Source: Methylococcaceae bacterium
Lineage (GTDB): Bacteria > Pseudomonadota > Gammaproteobacteria > Methylococcales > Methylomonadaceae
DNA: 40,439 nt
Assembly: GCA_037134135.1 (NCBI GenBank)
Contig: JBAXMT010000001.1
Coordinates: 1-40,439 of the forward strand
Reading direction: 5' to 3'
Position numbers and translations under genes: made by a program. How positions within the stretch are numbered: the first letter of the stretch is position 1; each line of letters begins with the position of its first letter. Below the pieces are notes generated by a model that made no database searches, was not told the DNA's origin, and worked only from the letters and a program-made list of their open reading frames with translations. Positions 1 through 5,848 of this stretch are shown here, piece by piece.

Positions 1-1397
1 AAAATTTGCAAGATTTCAACCCCTGCGGACAATGCGACATTTGCCGCGCCGTAGACGAAGGACGATTTTTAGACTTAATCGAAGTCGATGCTGCCTCGCG
101 TACAAAAGTCGAAGATACCCGCGACCTGCTCGATAACGCGCAATACGCGCCGAATCAAGGACGTTACAAAGTTTATCTCATCGATGAAGTTCACATGTTA
201 TCGGGGCATAGTTTTAATGCTTTGCTCAAAACCCTCGAAGAACCACCGCCGCACGTTAAATTTCTACTCGCCACCACCGACCCACACAAAATTCCCGTTA
301 CGGTTTTATCTCGCTGCTTACAACTCAATCTAAAACGCCTTTTGCCGAGCGAAATTTTCACCCAAATGGGTTTTATTTTAGGGCAGGAAAAAATTGCGTT
401 TGAACCCGAAGCGTTAAAATTGATTGCACGCGCCGCCGATGGCAGTATGCGCGATGGTTTGAGTTTGCTGGATCAAGCGATTGTGTACGGTAACGGTCAA
501 GTCAATAACGACGAAGTTCATGCGATGCTGGGTTCGATTGCTCAACAACCTGTCGAATCGATTTTGCAGGCTTTGGCACAAGCCGACGCGCCAGCGATTT
601 TGAATCAAATTGACGATTTAAGTCAGCTCAGTCCCGATTTCAGCGATTTATTACAGCAGCTTTTGCAATTTTTGCATCGCATCGCGTTGGTTCAACACAT
701 TCCAACCACGCTCACGCATGATTTAGATGTTGAAGTCGTGGCGTATTTGGCGAAAATGATGAGTCCCGAAGATGTGCAGCTTTATTATCAAATCGGTTTA
801 CTCGGACAAAAAGATTTAGAACTCGCGCCCGATCCACGCAGCGGCTTTGAAATGGTGATGTTGCGAATGTTGACGTTTCGACCTGTGAAAAGTGGCAATG
901 TGCAATCTGTTCAAATACAGCAACCTGTTCCGCAAACGCAAGTACGTCCACAAGCGCAAATTCAACCGCCACAAGTTGCTCAAATTCAGACGCGACCAGC
1001 CGCTCCTGTTCAAGAGATGCCCCGCATTACTGACAATTGGGAATCTATTGTTTCGGGTTTAAAAGGTATGACGAAACAATTTGCAAGTCGTTGTGTACTT
1101 GAACAATTGGACGAATCGCAGTGTCGTTTGAGTTTAGACCCCGAATTTCAAAGTTTGCTTGACCAAGATTCGGCAGCTAAACTCGAAAATGCGTTGCGTG
1201 ATTTGCTCGCAAAACCGCTAAAACTTTATATTGAAGTCAAAGCTCTTAAGACACATACGCCCGCGCAACAAATTGTGCAAGCGCAAGATAATCGTCAACA
1301 AGCGGCTGTTGACGCGATTCATCAAGATCCAAATGTCATTTATGCTAAAACGCATTTTGACGCGCAAGTTTTACCCGAAACGATTCAACCGTATTAA
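1..1397 (+). CDS. dnaX: DNA polymerase III subunit gamma/tau, 5'-truncated by the window edge
   Basis: The frame is open to the window edge. The translation has clamp-loader AAA+ motifs (YKVYLIDEVHML, FNALLKTLEEPP, VLSRC), a P/Q-rich linker and a tau-type C-terminal domain. It is followed by ybaB, as in the conserved cluster. Confidence 0.95.
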   Translation, partial: NLQDFNPCGQCDICRAVDEGRFLDLIEVDAASRTKVEDTRDLLDNAQYAPNQGRYKVYLIDEVHMLSGHSFNALLKTLEEPPPHVKFLLATTDPHKIPVTVLSRCLQLNLKRLLPSEIFTQMGFILGQEKIAFEPEALKLIARAADGSMRDGLSLLDQAIVYGNGQVNNDEVHAMLGSIAQQPVESILQALAQADAPAILNQIDDLSQLSPDFSDLLQQLLQFLHRIALVQHIPTTLTHDLDVEVVAYLAKMMSPEDVQLYYQIGLLGQKDLELAPDPRSGFEMVMLRMLTFRPVKSGNVQSVQIQQPVPQTQVRPQAQIQPPQVAQIQTRPAAPVQEMPRITDNWESIVSGLKGMTKQFASRCVLEQLDESQCRLSLDPEFQSLLDQDSAAKLENALRDLLAKPLKLYIEVKALKTHTPAQQIVQAQDNRQQAAVDAIHQDPNVIYAKTHFDAQVLPETIQPY

Positions 1398-1427
1398 CTT
1401 TATTAACTTTCAAAATAGGAAAAATAA

Positions 1428-1751
1428 ATGAAAAACGCATTAGGTAATTTGATGCAACAAGCTCAAAAAATGCAGGAAGATTTGAAATCAGTTCAAGACG
1501 AATTGGCGTTAATGCAAGTCGTTGGCGAATCAGGCGGTGGTTTAGTTAGCATCGTAATGACAGGGAAACGCGAAGCACGCAAAGTCACGATTGATCCATC
1601 ATTGGTTGGCGAAGATAGAGATATGCTTGAGGATTTAGTTGCCGCTGCAATTAACGATGCTGTTCATAAAGCCGACAAAATGAAAAAAGAAAAAATGTCG
1701 GCGATTACCGCTGGAATACCTTTGCCAGCAGGTTTTAGTTTGCCGTTTTAA
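1428..1751 (+). CDS. ybaB: YbaB/EbfC nucleoid-associated protein
   Basis: 107 aa. The sequence is typical of YbaB (NLMQQAQKMQEDL..., GGGLV...TG, LEDLVAAAINDA) and it lies directly after dnaX. Confidence 0.93.
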   Translation: MKNALGNLMQQAQKMQEDLKSVQDELALMQVVGESGGGLVSIVMTGKREARKVTIDPSLVGEDRDMLEDLVAAAINDAVHKADKMKKEKMSAITAGIPLPAGFSLPF

Positions 1752-1766
1752 TTTTGGAATTTGATT

Positions 1767-2105
1767 ATGAGTGATTGTCTATTTTGTAAAATGGTGGCGG
1801 GTGAAATCGTGCCAAATGTAATCTTTGAAGATGACGATGTTTTGGCTTTTCACGATATTGCGCCGCAAGCCCCGATTCATATTTTGATTATCCCGAAAAA
1901 ACATATTTCAACTTTGAATGATGCCGATGATGCGCTTTTGTTGGGTAAATTGATGCAAACTGCATCAAAACTCGCTAAAAATCTAGGCGTTGCCGAAGCG
2001 GGTTATCGTACCGTTATCAATTGCAATGAATTAGGTGGGCAAGCGGTCTATCATTTGCATATTCATTTATTGGCAGGACGACAAATGTTGTGGTCGCCAG
2101 GTTAA
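1767..2105 (+). CDS. hinT: HIT-family purine nucleoside phosphoramidase
   Basis: Histidine triad HLHIHLL, with near-colinear similarity to E. coli HinT (APQAPIHILIIPK..., GYR..IN). ATG 1767 is preferred over the TTG at 1761. Confidence 0.88.
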   Translation: MSDCLFCKMVAGEIVPNVIFEDDDVLAFHDIAPQAPIHILIIPKKHISTLNDADDALLLGKLMQTASKLAKNLGVAEAGYRTVINCNELGGQAVYHLHIHLLAGRQMLWSPG

Positions 2106-2112
2106 TTTGAAT

Positions 2113-2448
2113 ATGGAAAAAGAAATTCAATGGGTAGGCACAGCGTATGAAGATATTCTCAACTTTTCCGTTGATGCTAAAAAAGAAGCGGGTTTTCAAT
2201 TAGGCAAAATTCAAGCTGGTCTTGCTCCTGATGATTGGAAACCCTTTAATGCGATTGGTGCTGGTACAAATGAATTACGATTTCGTGATTCAACGGGGAT
2301 TTACCGTGTTATGTATGTCGCTAAATTTGAAGAAGCTATTTATGTGTTGCATTGTTTTCAAAAGAAAACACAGACAACAACAAAACAAGATAAAGCAATT
2401 GCCACAGAACGCTACAAAGCCGTTATTCAGCAAAGGGGAATGAAATGA
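2113..2448 (+). CDS. Type II toxin, RelE/ParE superfamily (phage Gp49-like, HigB-type toxin-first arrangement)
   Basis: The 111-aa product has the family signature ...YRVMYVAKFEEAIYVLHCFQKKTQ.... ATG 2113 follows the hinT stop. The stop overlaps the next ORF's start as ATGA (2445-2448). Confidence 0.85.
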   Translation: MEKEIQWVGTAYEDILNFSVDAKKEAGFQLGKIQAGLAPDDWKPFNAIGAGTNELRFRDSTGIYRVMYVAKFEEAIYVLHCFQKKTQTTTKQDKAIATERYKAVIQQRGMK

Positions 2449-2687
2449 TTGATACAAAAATTAACCACATTACAAAGTTTGGAGCGAACATCTTTTCAGA
2501 ATTAGGTTTTGATGCTGATGACGCAGAGCATTTGCAAAGCGAATTACAGCAAAAAATACAAAATGAAAAAGAATACCAAGGAAAATTAAAAATAATTGCC
2601 CCCAAAGTCATTCGCTTTAAACAACGTGGCGTTCAAATCCGCCAGCAACTCGCTCAAATGCGGCAAATGACGTGTTCGCCTGGTTGA
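2445..2687 (+). CDS. Chimeric or truncated antitoxin-like ORF: HigA/XRE-antitoxin N-terminus fused to a BrnA-type C-terminal peptide, with no HTH
   Basis: The N-terminus ITKFGANIFSELGFDADDAEHLQSEL matches the usual start of Gp49-partner XRE antitoxins, but the HTH core is absent. The C-terminal IRFKQRGVQIRQQLAQMRQM is encoded by a 63-bp copy of the brnA 3' end. Confidence 0.55.
   Translation: MIDTKINHITKFGANIFSELGFDADDAEHLQSELQQKIQNEKEYQGKLKIIAPKVIRFKQRGVQIRQQLAQMRQMTCSPG
2608..2670. repeat. 63-bp direct repeat, copy 1 (62/63 identical to 3174..3236)
   Basis: Base-by-base alignment shows a single mismatch (g2663 versus a3229). The repeat is read in the same codon phase in both host ORFs. 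Confidence 0.92.
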
Positions 2688-2736
2688 TATCTTCTAAGTT
2701 TGCCGTGAATGACGGTGGTAAAAATAGCCAGGCGGA

Positions 2737-3009
2737 TTGATACTTGAATGGAACGAAGAAAAACGCCAACTAACACTCGAAAAACGCAGCTTAGATTTTG
2801 CCGATGCGGCGCGAGTGTTTGACGGTGACGTGTTAGACATTGAAGACTCTCGCAAAGATTACGGCGAGTGTCGGATTGTGACATTCGGACATTTAAATGG
2901 TCGAATGATAACAATTACTTGGACTCAACGTGGCGATAAACGCCGAATAATTAGCATGAGAAAAGCAAATGAACGCGAAATTGAAAAATACAGCCCTTTT
3001 TTTAGATGA
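2737..3009 (+). CDS. brnT: BrnT-family toxin (DUF497)
   Basis: 90 aa. The profile is BrnT-like: FEWNEEK-type start (LEWNEEKRQLTLEKR), FADAARVFDG, R.ISMRKAN.RE. The start is probably the TTG at 2737. Confidence 0.8.
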   Translation: MILEWNEEKRQLTLEKRSLDFADAARVFDGDVLDIEDSRKDYGECRIVTFGHLNGRMITITWTQRGDKRRIISMRKANEREIEKYSPFFR

Positions 3010-3262
3010 TGACTGGATTGACGAAGATGATGCGCCTGAGTTTTCAGACGAGCAGCTTGAAACGTTGAATATGACATTTAAGCACCGTGACAAAGTGATT
3101 TGTGAAGCCAAAGGATTGAGTGCATTGCGTGAAAAAATGTGTGAACTCAATAACCAAAAACAAACCATCAAGCTCATTCGCTTTAAACAACGTGGCGTTC
3201 AAATCCGCCAGCAACTCGCTCAAATGCGACAAATGATGATGCAACGCCAACAGGTGGCTTGA
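2969..3262 (+). CDS. brnA: BrnA-like antitoxin (DUF4415-like)
   Basis: It sits immediately after, and overlaps, brnT. It has the acidic DDWIDEDDAPEFSDEQ segment typical of DUF4415/BrnA and a C-terminal FKQRGVQIRQQLAQMR resembling the BrnA G.GYQTRIN..LR helix. The exact start is uncertain (ATG 2969 or TTG 2981). Confidence 0.6.
   Translation: MNAKLKNTALFLDDDWIDEDDAPEFSDEQLETLNMTFKHRDKVICEAKGLSALREKMCELNNQKQTIKLIRFKQRGVQIRQQLAQMRQMMMQRQQVA
3174..3236. repeat. 63-bp direct repeat, copy 2 (3' end of brnA)
   Basis: See copy 1 at 2608..2670. Confidence 0.92.
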
Positions 3263-3315
3263 ATTCCCCACTCAACACAAAATTCTCTAATTCAAAAAAG
3301 TAGACGAGACAAACA

Positions 3316-5847
3316 ATGAACAACAAAAAATTATTATTCGCAGCCATTTTGTTGGCATTGGCAAAGTCTGCTTTGGGCATTGAAGTTGAACCGAATAATG
3401 ATTCAAGCAGAGCAAACAAACTTGGTAAAGAAAACGTCGGCAAACTCAATCGCGCAAGCGATGTTGATTTTTTCTCAATCGATTCGTGCGTGAAAGACGA
3501 TAAAAAACAATGCGTCAAATACACCGCCGATGATGAAAAATTAAATCCTTTAAACAAAGCGGGAACAGATAAACGCCGCGAAGAAGTATCGATTTCATTC
3601 ACTTGCAGCAATAAATCATCGGCAAGTCCCAGCGGTTGGTTTTTAGGTGTTCATGATTCAAACGGCGAATTGCAAGAAACCTATCCTGTCAAACCAGACG
3701 ATTGCATTATCAGTGACAAAACATCAGGCGCATTCAATTTTAAGTTCCCAAGTTTAGACAGCCCAAATTATTACGTTTCAGTCGTTGCCGATTGCCAAGT
3801 TCCAATTTATAACACCATCGCAGACCCAAAAGACCCAACAAAAACCATCGTCAGTATCAATAAATTTGTTGCGGCAGCGTTAACAACAATAAAAGATATT
3901 ACCGCTGCTAAAAAAGAAATTAGTAACGCGCAAACAGAAATTGAGAATTTTAAAACTAAGCTGCTCCCACCAACGTTATTTGAAGTTATCAGCTCAAATG
4001 CACATATCAAAAATTTAAATGACGCAATCACATTAGCCAATGACATTACAAGCGTTGCTTCACCGAATTTAACTGCCGCAACAAATATCACTGCCGCTAT
4101 ATCAACAGCAAAAGCAGTTAGCATTGCTGCGAAAGTTGAGAGTCATTACATCGAGAGATGGCAAATCGTTCTTGATGCAAAAGATGTAGCAAATAATCCA
4201 GCTATTCAAAAAGCCATTGAAGCAGCCGATGCAGCACTTGCAACTGCAACAACTAATGCTACTCAAGCTGCAACAGCTGCAACGGCTGCTGGTCAAGCAT
4301 TAACCAATGCTACCGCAGACCGTACTACTGCAAGAGCTAGAGAGCCACAAATTCCCGCAGATATTACTGCTGCAAATAATGCAATTGAAGCTGCAAATCT
4401 TGCAAAAACAGGTTTAGCTGATGGAACTGGTACAGCTGGGACAGATGGTGCAAAAATCACTGCTGACCTTGCAAAAACAAATGCTGAAAATGTAAAAAAA
4501 GCCGCTGATAATGTTAAAACCGTTGCTGATAAAGCAGTCACGGATGCACTCGCTGAGTTTAATACTGCAACAACTCGTCAAACCGAAGCCACTGCAGCTT
4601 TAGCCGATGCCGTTAAATTCTTAAATGACACGGTTAACGCCAACATTCTTGCGGCGAATACCGCTGAAAACTTCGGCAAACGGTTTGATTCGGCGTGCAA
4701 AGATAATTACAACGTTGGCATTTACACGATAAAAGATAATCCCGACAACGAAATTAAACGCCTTGAAGACATTACGTCGAAAGAACAAAAAAATCTCGGT
4801 TTAGAACAATCGGGGCAAATTAGTTCAATTGATGACATGGATATTTACGTTGTCGATAGCGACGGCACAACCGACGTGCCATTATTGTTTACTTGTTCAG
4901 CATTGGCAGCGCGACAAACGAACGATTGGAAAGTGAGCATTTACAACGACGCGAATGGCTTAGTCAGTTCAACATTAGTTAACGGCAGTTCATGTGGTTC
5001 GGTATTTATCGGCGACAAAGGCGGGCAAAGTGTCAAATTGCCCAAAGGTTCTCAACGTTATTATTTAGCCGTTGAATCAGCGTGCGCGTCCTCGACGAAA
5101 AAAGATTGTGTTGTTGATACGTCTGAATACAGCATTTTGCGTGACGTGGATAAAGTTTATTCGGGTAAATTAGCTAAAAAAACGATCGACGTAAAAACAA
5201 AAATTTCTGATTTAAAACTCACGAATTGTGGTTTGAACAATAACGCCGTCATTTCGATTCATACTGAAAATGTGAATTTAGTTGATGCCGTAAAATTACC
5301 GATTAACGTGCAAATCGGTAGCACCGCGTGTCGAATTTTAACGCCTGAATTATTAGCAAAAGATACGATTATCGGCAGTGTCGCCGATGCCTCTGAAATC
5401 ATCGATTCAACAGCGAAAACAAAAGACAGCGCAGCGATTACGCTTTCTGATTGTGGTAATGATGCTAAATCAAAAGTCACGCTGACTGGTTCACGATTAG
5501 ATTTAGTGAATTTAAATCCCAATGCTGAAACAGATTCGGTGGTTATTCCCATTAAAGTGAATATCGGTGATTTTAAATGTGAAACTCAAGAAGTGTTTTA
5601 TATCACACCCGATGCGAAAGGCACTGGCGCGGTTTATAGCAACCTTTCACCTGAAGACGTATCTCAGTTGCCGACGACTTCGACAACTTCGACAACGCCG
5701 ACAACACCGACAATTTCGACAATTTCGACAATTTCGACAAAACCGACGACTTCGACAACACCGACAACTTCGACAACTACAGCCCCTTGTTTTTACAGTA
5801 GTTGCGTAGAACCTTCGACAGATGCCCCCGTTTTTGGAGCGAAATAA
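3316..5847 (+). CDS. Large secreted Cys-rich protein: signal peptide, PPC-like module interrupted by an approximately 300-aa Ala/Thr-rich helical insert, second PPC-like module, shared beta-rich module, Thr/Ser/Pro linker, short Cys tail
   Basis: Signal peptide MNNKKLLFAAILLALAKSALG. EPNNDSSRANKLG...DVDFFSI matches the pre-peptidase C-terminal (PPC) motif EPN[ND]..A..l....D.D.f. The protein is paralogous to the next gene. Confidence 0.85.
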   Translation: MNNKKLLFAAILLALAKSALGIEVEPNNDSSRANKLGKENVGKLNRASDVDFFSIDSCVKDDKKQCVKYTADDEKLNPLNKAGTDKRREEVSISFTCSNKSSASPSGWFLGVHDSNGELQETYPVKPDDCIISDKTSGAFNFKFPSLDSPNYYVSVVADCQVPIYNTIADPKDPTKTIVSINKFVAAALTTIKDITAAKKEISNAQTEIENFKTKLLPPTLFEVISSNAHIKNLNDAITLANDITSVASPNLTAATNITAAISTAKAVSIAAKVESHYIERWQIVLDAKDVANNPAIQKAIEAADAALATATTNATQAATAATAAGQALTNATADRTTARAREPQIPADITAANNAIEAANLAKTGLADGTGTAGTDGAKITADLAKTNAENVKKAADNVKTVADKAVTDALAEFNTATTRQTEATAALADAVKFLNDTVNANILAANTAENFGKRFDSACKDNYNVGIYTIKDNPDNEIKRLEDITSKEQKNLGLEQSGQISSIDDMDIYVVDSDGTTDVPLLFTCSALAARQTNDWKVSIYNDANGLVSSTLVNGSSCGSVFIGDKGGQSVKLPKGSQRYYLAVESACASSTKKDCVVDTSEYSILRDVDKVYSGKLAKKTIDVKTKISDLKLTNCGLNNNAVISIHTENVNLVDAVKLPINVQIGSTACRILTPELLAKDTIIGSVADASEIIDSTAKTKDSAAITLSDCGNDAKSKVTLTGSRLDLVNLNPNAETDSVVIPIKVNIGDFKCETQEVFYITPDAKGTGAVYSNLSPEDVSQLPTTSTTSTTPTTPTISTISTISTKPTTSTTPTTSTTTAPCFYSSCVEPSTDAPVFGAK
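5671..5778 (+). repeat. Twelve tandem 9-bp units ([tc]cgac[ag]a[act][tgca]) encoding (P/S)T(T/I/K) triplets
   Basis: Read directly from the sequence: ccgacgact tcgacaact tcgacaacg ccgacaaca ccgacaatt (tcgacaatt x2) tcgacaaaa ccgacgact tcgacaaca ccgacaact tcgacaact. The units are in frame in the 3316..5847 CDS. Confidence 0.95.
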
Positions 5848-5848
5848 T

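Noticed and set aside
2035-2112. Upstream extensions of ORF-track starts (2035 for the toxin, 5822 for the second giant gene, 18452 for DUF502, 33751 for mscK, 37412 for lysC)
   Set aside because: Each extension overlaps the preceding gene and adds non-homologous residues. Internal ATGs (2113, 5849, 18530, 33769, 37505) give canonical N-termini or signal peptides.
2136-2150. 15-nt identity (aggcacagcgtatga, encoding GTAYED) between the RelE-like toxin gene and the second giant gene (5926-5940)
   Set aside because: It is too short. A few exact matches of this size are expected by chance in 40 kb, the flanks are unrelated, and there is no sign of a repeat family.
3183-3611. 142-aa minus-strand ORF spanning the brnA end and the start of the first giant gene
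   Set aside because: It is antisense to two well-supported plus-strand CDSs. It has no recognisable motifs and a low-complexity hydrophobic translation typical of shadow ORFs.
5671-5778. Possibility that the short tandem repeats represent a CRISPR array
   Set aside because: The units are 9 bp, contiguous without spacers, and in frame within a CDS. No cas genes are present in the window.
5567-5809. 80-aa ORF with a striking RQLRQRRQHRQFRQFRQFRQ repeat
   Set aside because: It is the +1 reading of the 9-bp Thr/Ser/Pro tandem repeat inside the 3316..5847 CDS. It is an artefact of the repeat, not a gene.
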